Shown here one piece after another: positions 46,461-58,647 of a stretch of 64,000 nucleotides of DNA (positions are counted from its first letter, which is position 1; each line of letters begins with the position of its first letter). A program made the translations under genes and the position numbers. The notes under the pieces are model-generated. The model made no database searches. It saw nothing but the letters and a program-made list of their open reading frames with translations, and was not told where the DNA came from. Origin of the DNA: Balanoglossus misakiensis (Eukaryota; Animalia; Hemichordata); contig CM082586.2 of NCBI GenBank assembly GCA_040954595.2, positions 7,099,337 to 7,163,336 of the forward strand, written 5' to 3'.

Positions 46461-49400
46461 TACAAATATGCCATCATCAATTATGTCACAGATGTAACTA
46501 TGTTCAATACCCAAATGATGAGCAATGTGAGTTGAACTAACAAATCATAGCACAGAAGCAGAACTGTCAACACATACATCTGATACAAGCATGAAAAGTA
46601 AAAACGCAAACATATCACAACATATTTTAAATATCAAGTCAGTAACTTTGTCACTTTAATACATACATTCCTCAATCACCTTTGCAAGAAGTTGTTTACT
46701 GGCATGTTTGGATTAACGTTATTCGAATTAAATGCCGAGCATTCTAATTTACAGGTATAGACTTTCCCAATGATTGTAACATTGTGAGATCTGTTAATCA
46801 ACTCGCCAGAGAGAGCAGAGAAGCTCCGTGAGACGAGATCAACTTTGCGGCACATCCATCATCCTTTACAAAGGAGTATTTCACATATTTTTGTTCACAG
46901 CCATGTACAGAGTATGTAAGCCCTGCGTTGTTTCGAATGCCATCATCAATCTTCAGAGTTTTAGTACAAAGTACAAAACAGCACATGAATGAAGACCGAT
47001 CTGGCAGCGACAGATGGCCAGCAGCGTCATCCAGTTAACACTGATGAATTGTGAATCCTTTGCTGTATATATACACACTGCAAGAGAAGCTTTAATACCA
47101 GGATTCCAGATGCAGATGGGCCAGGAAATGACCTACCTTATTCGAGTATACAGCCAAGTCAATGAACAACCATACATTATTTATATTACATGTAAGATAT
47201 AGGAAAGAGAAACACCTGCAGCTTATTGCCCTATGGGCAAAATTTCCATGCCAGTCAGGTCGTACATGCACATGTCGGCAATAACTTTGAGTGGCATATT
47301 TAACATTTACTGTCAATGCCATATATTAACCAACCTCTTTCTGATTTTCTATTAATACCTTAAGTTAAGTTTGGCTTATGTTACAGCATGCAATCACAAT
47401 TCTTTTTTTAACCATTAAAAGATTATGTTAGTACTCAATAAATGATGCAATTAATCTTGGAGGAATATTTGGATGGTAAATTGAATGTGATTTCTTTTTG
47501 AAAATCAAAATAACCCAGATAGTATTGCAACTGACAAATGATCATTTTGATATTACTGATATTCAAGACAAGTTTTCAAAGTGCTGATCATTTAATAGAG
47601 ACTTAAATTGACTTTTGACTATACGAATACTGGTAACAGTGCTTTCATGAACTTGCAATAGAATCAAAACGACAAGTTATTCCTTTAACATAACGGTAGT
47701 TGCCTACTCCAATACAACTGAAATCAAGAGTAAATTAATCCGGCAGCTTACTGCTCTTGGCCTGGAAAAAATCTTATCATCTGACTACCATTATCTTGCT
47801 CAAATTAGCCTGGGACAAGAGATTAGTGGATTTGTCATGAGTCAAAACATTTCTGATAAGCTGGGCTATAGGAAAACAAACCTAGTAGCTGCAGTCATAA
47901 TGGTACCTTTAACCTTTGCCTTGAAAATAACTGTTCGAACTTGTCACTCTAGCAAAATCAATCCGTCACTTTTGCCCTTTAACGAATATTTTGGTAAATT
48001 GACTTAGATCCTCAACTATGAAACCAAAGAAGTCATAACAAAATAAACGGTATAGGTAGCTACAATGTGGTTCAAATTCATTTGTTCATAATCAATTTTA
48101 ACTATACATGTACACGTCTTGAACATACGTGGAGAGTAACAATTTCAGGGCAAGTCATCGAAACCATCAAATACCACTGGCAGCTGAGTAAATGTTGAGG
48201 AACCTCACTTTACATACGTCAATAGTTACATCTATTAATATTAAAGACTTCAGCTTCTCAATATACAATTCTGTGACTTAATTTCTCTTTCGCACGCTTT
48301 TTTGCAATTACTTATTAAAGTGTAAAGCAAACAAATATTGAATTCTCTTTGGAAAATTATTAACTTGTGTCAATGTTTACCAGAAGCAAAGCGAGCGATG
48401 TGGAGATACTAAGAGCAGTAACAAACATTTACTTTTCAAGCTAGAAATATTACTTCTTAAATGTAAAAAAAAAAAACATGGTTGTTGTGAAGCACAAAAA
48501 TGGATAGAGAATTGATTGATTATTGGCTTGGGAAAATGTAGGTCGGGCTTATCAAGCATATTGACTCAACAAGGCTTCAGCTTTCAAAACACTTACATTT
48601 GTAATGAATCGTTTAAATCAATTAAATATATATACTTATACAAACACTTCAAAATATCAAAACGCTCCAAAAATGGAAATCTCACTTAATTTATATTTAT
48701 AAGACTTTGTTATGATGAAAGTGAAAGTGACTTGAGATATTGTTTTTCTCTCTTTTCAAGAAAAAAAACCTTGTAGATATGGAACTTCGTTTCTTCCCAA
48801 TCTGACATTTAATCCTCTTGTATGTGGAAAGAATGCCCTGATAAATGTCACACTTCATAGCTTTAGAAGGTCAAGTAGGCAAACCAACTGGTGGGGAAAA
48901 TGAACAAGCTGTACAGCTAGTATAAAGGAGAGGCTATTTTCAGCCTATAGCCTCTGGATTTAACCAGAATATCAAATGAAGGCCCAAAGTCCTACGTATG
49001 GCAAACATACTGGCTTTTTTCAACTTAACATGTATACCTATCAGTAAAGCTTATTTAGATGGACCAATTTAAGTTGGAAATATTGACGTGTATGCATGCA
49101 GGTATCTCCCATGAAAGTTTAAAAAAGGAACTGATATAATTCAGCATACGTGATCTACAGCAAAATGAAATCACACAGAGTATATATCACAGCAGGGTGT
49201 GTTTCTAGATACTTGCAGGTGTGCTGAAAACAATTTCTATGCCTGTAGCAATGCACCTCTGGCAATCAGATGGTGAATTGAATCTGATGAAGCAAATGTT
49301 TTACGAGCAATTTAAGTGATTCCTCGGAGTGCTCAGCTCCCATTGACTGTGCAGGATTTTCATTCAAGTCATGCGTCTGAATTAGTCTCCCTTTCTTAGC

Positions 49401-52400
49401 TCGCATTCACGTCACATATCCACGGTCTAATATTAGTCTCTCTGCGCTCTTCATTCAGGAATCCGAGCAAGATTTCATCTTGTCGTTTCGCCGGCCAGCA
49501 AGCCATGAAACTGCAGTGTTCATTTCCGACTGGACTTAAAAGAATCATGACGTTATAATTTCAGTTAGACCACATAACTGCCGCCAAACGAATACTTATA
49601 AATTGCTTGCCGAATGTTCTCTATGAAGCAGATTGGGATTTGCTATACGTACCGGTACAGTCACACATACTGTAGAAATTGCAAATGAAGATTTAATCAG
49701 GCAAAGGAAATACGATACTGCCGGACCAATTATTTTAAAATCTGAGCTATATTGCATAGTCTGATAGATTCATAAGGGATATTCACTTCAGGCTCTATCT
49801 ATAACTTTCTATTTATGGTAATCGTTCATCATTTTTACGTGAAATCCAGTATTTCTGACTTCATCTAAACTGGTGCTGGCCAGAATACAAAAAATATACT
49901 GGTACATGTAAGCCAGCCTTCAGAAAACTTTTCATATTCAAGACTTATTTAGTTTTTGTTTTCAGTCAATATTTGTAGGTTTTTTTCTAAAAAGTTATAG
50001 TTTGACAACAATGTTCATTCAGGGCCAGACACACACAAAACTTTGTATATACCATATATACCAGTACACTTGCTACATATTATTTATTGTTCAGTGAGTA
50101 AAATTCCCTGTGTTAGGGGACTGTATTAAAAATATAAAGTCTTTGGAGGGGTCAATAGCTTCCATTTAGCCCCATGCTGTGGCAAATTTATTTTTTGAAG
50201 AGTTAAACGGCAATTTGAAAGCTTGTTTGAACCAGAGTCTGACATTGTATGGTAGAGTTGCCCGTCAGTACTGTACGTAATGTACCGGTACATCAACCAA
50301 TACAGGTTTACAGTACAGCCTTGGCATGTATTGTTAACAGCCCCTGCTAGCTCATCATTCACTCTGCACTTTCAGATGCATGCATGAATGTTACAGAAAA
50401 CATCCTCCTTTGTCACAGGCAGAAGTTCGCGACAAATTGGACATTTATTGGGCAGCTTGAGAAACGAGACGACACATTCACCACTCTTGAATGCGTGCCA
50501 TTGTGGAAAAGTGCATTCGCCTGTTTTGCATGACAGATTTTCTTTCAGCGCGGATGCAAATGCAGCAGCGACTGCATGATTTTGACAAACTGCATGAATC
50601 TCAAAAGCTTAATAACATCATACAGAGAAATGATTGAAGTATTGAGGAGGCCTTGTCAGTTACTGCCCTGATGTTGAGGCACGTTATAGTGTGAGCAGCT
50701 GATTTTGTCAACCATAGAAATCTTACGGCAATTAGCAGGGACATAAAGAAAATGGCAGGGATTTCTTGACCCAACAAATATCGTCAGCAATATAAGTTTT
50801 TTTTTAACAATTTGCGATAAACGTTTACAAACGGTACTCTTTTACAACTACAAACAGACGACTCGGGTACGCTCACAAAAAATGAGACTCAAAGATGAAA
50901 TTGCTAAACATTATTTGCACTGCAATATGGTTTAAAGTGTTGCTGATCATTATATTCCCCAAATAAACATTTTCAAGGAACATGATTCTTAATAGTCAAA
51001 AAATACAATGTATGTCATAATATCTTTAGGATGTGATAACGACATAAATAATGTAGTACCGGTACATTTAATATAAATGACAACTCAAGTTAACCTTTCA
51101 TAATTTTCTTCAAGACATCATAAAACAACATAAGCAAGTTTTGAACATGTATACTCTTACTCAGATTCTAAGAAAATGCTGTCTGCTACTGTTGGCACTC
51201 ACTTGACACTATACTCTACACTTGTTTCTTTATTAAAAATACCTGAATTGCTTCATTCCCATTGTAATTGACACTCAGGTTGTGTATTTAGGGTCTCATT
51301 TAAGCAAATGGATCAGTGACCCTATGAACCTTTACAGCTGTTTCGCACGGCTACCGTACTCTGTGTCTGCCTACTTAGGTTGCTATGACGATTAATTTGC
51401 CACAGCCTATACATCACTGGCACTGTTCATATAACACCCACACTTTTGTGAGTTTATCAAAGTGGTAATATTGTGCTTTTTCACATATAGCAGATTATTC
51501 ACTGAACAGTGACTTGGTTGTAGTACACCACATCTGATTGGCTGGTCTCCATATGTAAAATGACCATTGATCTTATGTGTGCCAGGTGCTGCCATGAAAT
51601 GTAGCCAATGACTGACAAGCGGTATTAATACTGGAGAATTAAACATGCATTAGGCAGTAGAATACTGTATTTGATTTGCAGATTAAATTATTGGATAATT
51701 ATCGAAAATTACATTCATGACATTTGTAGTTCAACCCTTTTTAACTCCTTACTGTCCTGGCATTATATTGTACTGTAATAATATCTTCATTTATGAGATT
51801 GTCTACATGGACATAATGCAGCTTTTAACAAGCTGGCCTTCTCAAAAATTCTAATCATGAATTAACAAAATAACATCAGCCGATAACATTTAACACATGA
51901 ATTATAAACAAGCCTGGGCTATCATTTTCTGTCATCACATTTCAAAATCTAAAAAAAAAATGAGAGACGACAACATCCAGAATCATCCTTCTTTTCTTTT
52001 GATTGTCCTTAGTGATTGCGTGTACAGCTATCACCTGGCAAACTCCCAGGTAATCCAGACTTATTATTATTCCTACTGCAGAGTGGGCATATTCTCCAGT
52101 GGGTGTACATGCTCATCTCCCCCTTATGGCTCCCCCGCACTATGATTACCAGGCAGAAAAATCATAATTCCAGAGAATTAAATGAATGTCACAGGTGAAA
52201 CAGAAGCTAAATTGATCTTTTGATCCATTATCCATGGTAAATGGCACCCTACCGGTAGTTCGTGTAATCTACGTGTTCACTCTTTACCTTTCTTTGATGA
52301 GGCAGTTCACTTGTACCGGTAGATGCAGCCACTTTCCCTTAGCTGCATGTTTAGTAAACTGAGCTAAAACCATCTCCCCTTAAAAAATAAATTTCAACTA

Positions 52401-52407
52401 CCATGGG

Positions 52408-53250
52408 CATAGTCTGTTGCAGATCAAGAAAAGACAGCAAATTGGGTGAAAAGAAAGGACACAATTCAAAATCTACTTATACGGTGCGCATGAAATATGG
52501 AAGGAAGCGAAGGCAGTCCACTATTTGACAGCAAATTGGGTGAAAAGAAAGGACACAATTCAAAATCTACTTAAACGGTGCGCATGAAATATGGAAGGAA
52601 GCGAAGACAGTCCACTATTTGAATGCGACGAATGCAAAATTTGCAGAACATTCGGATTATTTGACGTCATGTTTGTCACACACCAAATTACGCATGCATG
52701 CGCATAATACAATCGACGTGCTTTAATTATCCATGACCTCCAACCTACATAAATGACACAGCTGAAAGAAGTGTATATAGACGTAGGCACTACATTTTAA
52801 TATTTAATATGTCACTCAAAATGGGTCACAGATCCTAGCAAGCTTCTTGAGGGTCTATGCATGGATCTAGGCACTATTTAAATATTTTATAATGATCTCA
52901 TGATACACGTAAATTGTGGGGAAACTATACCGGTAGTCTCATGTTCAATACAGGGATCTGAGACAAGGTTGACATTTACAACTCTTCTTCAGAAACAACG
53001 CAGCAAATATTAAAAACTACAAAGCCTGACAATCGTCATAATTGATGCGTATGCGTGTAATGTGTGTACAAAGTCTTTCGTCGAATCCGAATGTTCTGCA
53101 AATTTGGCATTCGACGCATTCAAATAGTGGACTGCCTTCGCTTCCTTCCATATTTATTTCATGCGCAGTATACCGCTATTGTAGACTTTAGTTTTGTCCC
53201 TTCTTTTCAACCAATTTGCTGTCTTTTCACAATCTTGGACACAGACTATG
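52408..53250. mobile_element. Fold-back element with >200-bp inverted arms; the left arm has a 94-bp tandem duplication
   Basis: CATAGTCTGT...ACAGACTATG termini. 52527-52720 is the reverse complement of ~53040-53225. 52433-52526 is repeated at 52527-52620. Confidence 0.85.
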
Positions 53251-53740
53251 GTCGCCGCCACCTTGTCTGTTATTATAGGACAGCACACTGCCTCATATGG
53301 CATTGACTCATATACAATTTTTTTAACCAGAGTCTCTGGTTTGGTACATGCGCATTAGACGATCGTCGCCCTTTAACAAACACACCATGCTTTACTGTCA
53401 CCTTGATTTCAAAATTTATCTCTAACATGTGAACACACCACTAAATTCAACTCATATGTTTTCCGCAGCCTCTGTACACATAGTACCTTAGCTTACATTG
53501 ACAAATTAACTCAAAATTCAATTATTATTTGCATGAGATGAAAGCATCTAAAGCAAGGCAAATGTACTTACCATCATGTAATCATTCAAATCAATGGAGA
53601 TGCTGGATCAAACCAAAATTTAGTCTCCTCAAGGTTCTTAGGAGGCCGTTCTAAGCTGTTTTAACACTAACAGGGTAAGTATCTCAAAATTGTATTGAGC
53701 TGACAAAATTAAGCTTGACACAATCAGAAATATCACATAC

Positions 53741-53860
53741 CTTTTACTTATATCAACAATGTAACTGCAACGAAGAATATCACCATGGAAACCATCTATC
53801 TCCAACTTGAAATATGGCTGAAGCTACCCTAGGTTTAATACTCTAATAAGCACAGACCAT
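53741..53860 (-). other. Candidate non-coding (5' UTR) exon, possibly of PKI
   Basis: Acceptor ttttgttttcacag and donor AAG|GTATGT; stops in all three frames. Confidence 0.4.
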
Positions 53861-56800
53861 CTGTGAAAACAAAACCAAATGGTACAATTAAATAATACAT
53901 CATCTGAGTAAGCAAATGAGAATATGAAAATAATACATTTAGATAATATGGCTTTGCAATATATCATATGACATATCCTGTACAGAGATGTAGTTCATTT
54001 AAATATATTTTAAAAAATGACGAGTATAGAATTCAACTGCAGCTTTTCAACGTGACAATTTCCGAATACAGCACAGATAAAATCATCAGAAATAGTATCT
54101 GGCGTTCAAGGAAACTGCTGACTGGTAAAAATAGCATCACAAGGACACAGCTGGCACTTCCATTTTATAACTTCCATTTTGTTAGTATCGGTAATGTACT
54201 ACCGGTAGATAACATGCTAGATATTACATAACATGTATATAGTACATTTGTCCTTGTAGGAAACATTGAAAAAATGCAGCATTTGGTGAGATAGTTTAAT
54301 TAATATTCTAAAATTTTGTAGACATAGGTGAGATGTATAGACATATAGCAAATGAAGCAGTAATAGTGTCCTCTGCCCATTGACAACTATAAAAAAAATT
54401 AATTATCAAACAAAAATTATATTGAAGAGGCAAAAATGTGAGAAGTCTACAAGTTAATTTTCCCATGAAATTATTGAAACAATTAATGCAGCCATATTTT
54501 TACGTCAATACGTCAATAGTGTTGAAATGTAACCAAAAGCTTTAAAATTGAAGTTTATTTCTTTTCCACTATTCACAATTATACTAACCACAAAGAAACC
54601 GATTATTACTGGTCAATACCACATCAGACATGCATTCACAAACACCAGACTAAAGGAGAATGTTCCCTTTAAATTGCTATATATAGCCTATTCATTTACT
54701 AAAAATACATGTAGGGAAAGTAACCTCAATTTACGACATCTGCTCTGCACGTCACTAATCCGTAATAACAGGATTTGTCAATCAGTCGAAGAATTTCCCC
54801 GCTCCTAATCTGATGCTTACTGTGATTGTTAAAATTTCAATTTCAAGCTGCCTTTAGAAGCAGACTCAAATTCAATATACGGCGCTTTAAAAAAAATATA
54901 GTGAGCAAGCAACTCCCACTTTGGAGACAGTATCGATATTGTGCGAGTTTGGCGACTGTATTGTATTTGCGCGAACGAACCGACACGTTTCAGTTTTATT
55001 ATTGCAGGTACCAGTATTGAGTCTATGACTAGAACACCTGCATTAATTCTGATCCTCATTTTGTTTGTGACAGTCAGACTATACCGGAATATATAGCTTT
55101 CATAACTTTAGATCCATCCAAATCACTTAAACCTTTATAGCAGGAAAGTCAAGTTGAGATCTATTTGGGAATCCGGGGAAATTAGTTTCACATGCTGCTC
55201 ATTTTACATAAATGGAAATTTTTTCATCAAGGTAATGGATTATCATGAAGTAGTGACATGCATATCACATTCGGACTATGATTTGCAACTGAAGACTTTA
55301 CATCCTCATTTTGGGACTGTCTCAAACTTTCACAGAATTTCAAATAACAAAATGTGTTCGTTTAGATCAAACCCCTGCCCTTTAATGATTTTGCAAAATT
55401 TAAGTTCACCATTCAATGTAACTTAATTTTTTTAACTTTGAACTCCAGAGAGCAAGGTTGTTAGACAGTCCATTCTCTGGATAAAAATAATCATGGCTTT
55501 GAAAGCGGAATATATCTGACCTTCACCTTGTCACAATTCTTTTGCCATCACAGCTTTTGTGCTAGGAAGCTATTTCTGGACAGTTGTCATGGAAACTGTA
55601 GCGCAAATTACAGTGACTCTAACATAAGCTTTCAAGCGACAAGACGTTAATGTCTCATCTGATGTAGATTTGAAGGAGGATTATTTGAGATGTCGCTGAT
55701 AACAAAAAAAACAGGGCTCTATAAACTCAACAGATAAAGCAAAATTCTCATGTGTTAGAATACAAATTAATTTTATACAGTAAGTTTTGCAGAGTATCCT
55801 AGCTGCAATTGGTGAACCAGTATTATTATATAAACTTAAAAAGACATCATGCAATATTCACATATACCTACAATAATATTGTAAATTTATCTATACGGTA
55901 TAAACCTTATTAGGAGTTAGGCTTTCATCAGACAGACTTTTCAAATCACGCCTGCAAGTCATTTCAAGTTTGTGTGGGTTTTTTTTTCTGGGTGGATAAG
56001 AATCTGAGACGAGACACAAAAGAATCCCCTGCAAATCCTACACAAAGTAATCCTGATGAAAATCTGTATAGCGGACTTCACAGCGGCATGTCAAGGGATA
56101 ACTCTGTTAGACTCATACTCGCGGATGAAAATCTAGAGACGTTAGCACCCACTCATTTTCTCACATTTTATTTTCAGTGTGTCTGGGGAGAACAGAACCT
56201 GACAAAAATCTCACTTTGTGACGAATGGAATATAATGAAAAGGCAGACTGACAGGGGAATTGGATTCAGGATGAAATAATTGATAAGGTTTTGTAAACCG
56301 ACGTCAATTATTGGCGATACTCTAAATTGAGAAACCTTAGTTTAATATACACTGGTATATTACATAACTGTAATTCCTTTGGACAGGCCACTAAATGACA
56401 CACACATGTTAATTGTTATTGATACATAATATTTTCTGTCTTTAGGATTGTCTGATATGTCCATGTCTGCTGGCAACCATATTTTTCTAAACTACATTGG
56501 ACGCTACGAGATATCACATGGTAACATCTATGGCAAGTATGTTACGTACATTGTGCATATACGGTACATGCATGAAATCCCACTACAGAAAACATGCTTG
56601 CTGTAATTTGACACATTAAAATTCTAGTGATTTCCACAAAAATTGTCTCATTACTTTTGATATAGTAGGCTATATTTTTTTCTGAAATGTAATTCAATCG
56701 TACCTTTCTATGAAGGATTTAATGTTAGTTTCAGTAACTGTTTCTGGTATCCATCATCATGCATGTGTGTGTGTGTATGAGGTAACTATTAATTAAATTG

Positions 56801-56971
56801 ACCACACTGGCACAGACAGGCCAATTAATTTACGACAGAAGTGTAAAACCCTGATGCAAATAAATGGTTGTCCACTAATAATTAACACCATACCTTTCAC
56901 AATTATCCCCGATGTAGTCCTTGAGAAATTGTCTAATGGATTACTTATTCTGTGAGAATTATATTCAAATA

Positions 56972-57025
56972 TAGTCTAGTATTTAGCTGGGTTTATAGAG
57001 CAAAACCCGGCTAGATACTGGACTA
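56972..57025. mobile_element. 54-bp hairpin mini-element, TAGTCTAG family
   Basis: TAGTCTAGTATTTAGCTGGGTTT / AAACCCGGCTAGATACTGGACTA. Confidence 0.7.
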
Positions 57026-58441
57026 TTTCAAATATCACCAAAATGGCATGTGTACCAAATTGTGACGTTTAGTTATTAAGATGGTGAAACTTGACAATTA
57101 GCTGTAGAAAAAAAAGTGACAATTTTTTTAACATCAAGATCAAATCACTTGACACACTATAGCTTCACTATGCACACCGAACAAAAGGCACAAGGAATAT
57201 ACCTGAACTCAGCAGTACGTCTAATTTTCTCGCTTCCTACACTGCCAACAAAACACCCAACTGAAACTCATTCCCGCTAATGTGGGAAATAGAAAAGCGA
57301 GGTTGTTGGATGAAGTAATTGACTTCCTGCTATTTGATCCTGAGCTGAAATGCCCATTACATGTGTCGACAATTATTTGAAATACTTCGTGTACACAAAG
57401 CTGGTGCGCACACATATACGCCCCGATGTTCGCGACGTTCAAAGGATGCCTTTACATCCAACGCTCCAGTCGCGACAACTCATTACGAAGCACGTACATG
57501 AAAAGAAAACATATGGCAATGTCTGTATTTTTTACCTTGTAGTGTTGTTTCTGTCCAACGTGCTGTACTTGTACGTAACGGCAATTATTATATCCCGACG
57601 AACCTATCACCCTGGCAAAATGAACAGACAGTCTGAAGAGTCAATAACATCACACAGCAGGTACCTCACACACAATGCTGCCAGTAACACCGCGACATCG
57701 CAGTGCGCTGGTTATTTTTAGCAGCACAATAAATTCCCGGAGAAAAGGTTGCTTAATCGGATAATTCCATTCTGCAGGGGGGAAATGAACACCGTGGCTT
57801 AAAGATTCCTATGGGACATGGCATTATGATTTTGTAGGGGTGTGATATTCATTAATTTTCATTAGAATACGAATTTGATGTAATTGACGTTTATATTATT
57901 CATTTTACTAGGTCATTATATTTTGAACTACATACAGATGCCACGAAATACTGGCAATAATGTTCTAATTGTTTATTATGTCAACAATGACTTTCATTAT
58001 ATTTCGCTCAATATTACCTTGGGTTGTTTTGTTTTGGAAGGATGAGACAAAATTTTTTTTTTACCAAGGACAATATATGGGTGACTGCATTAAACCTGTC
58101 ACACACTAAGAAAATATCACACTATACATGTATACATTAAATTTTCGCACGGTATTATCAATTGCAACCAAAGCATGTCGTTTTCAAACATTATTGTTAC
58201 TGTCTTCTGTTTCATCGACACATATTATATTCTGCTGTTACGTTTCTAGTTTATGAGCTCACAAGGTTGGTGACACATCTTTCACAATCCATTAGTCAAT
58301 ATTTGCACTGGACCTTTCAAAAAATACCATTCAATGCTTTAATACAATAAAATTAATCAATGACATTTTGCCTGTGCCATGTTAATAATCACTTTTGCAT
58401 CGGCCCCCTCGCTTTCCTGATATGACCACAGAGGGCGCCAA

Positions 58442-58647
58442 TTAAAGCCTGAAGTGATTCAGTATACGGTCACCTATGCAAATTTAGCCATAGTTACCAT
58501 GGTAAATTGAGATCTAGCCAATCGCTGATTTTTAGTGGGTGGCACACGCGAAATAAAAGAGTGCCTCCATGTTCTTTAGAACGCTCAAATACGCCATTTC
58601 AGCTATATATGGGCGTTTGTAAATTGGAGGTGACTGTATACCTTTAA
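58442..58647. mobile_element. Kolobok-like MITE, copy 1 (left TIR interrupted by 14 bp)
   Basis: Homologous to 62945-63122; right end GGTGACTGTATACCT-TTAA. Confidence 0.8.
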
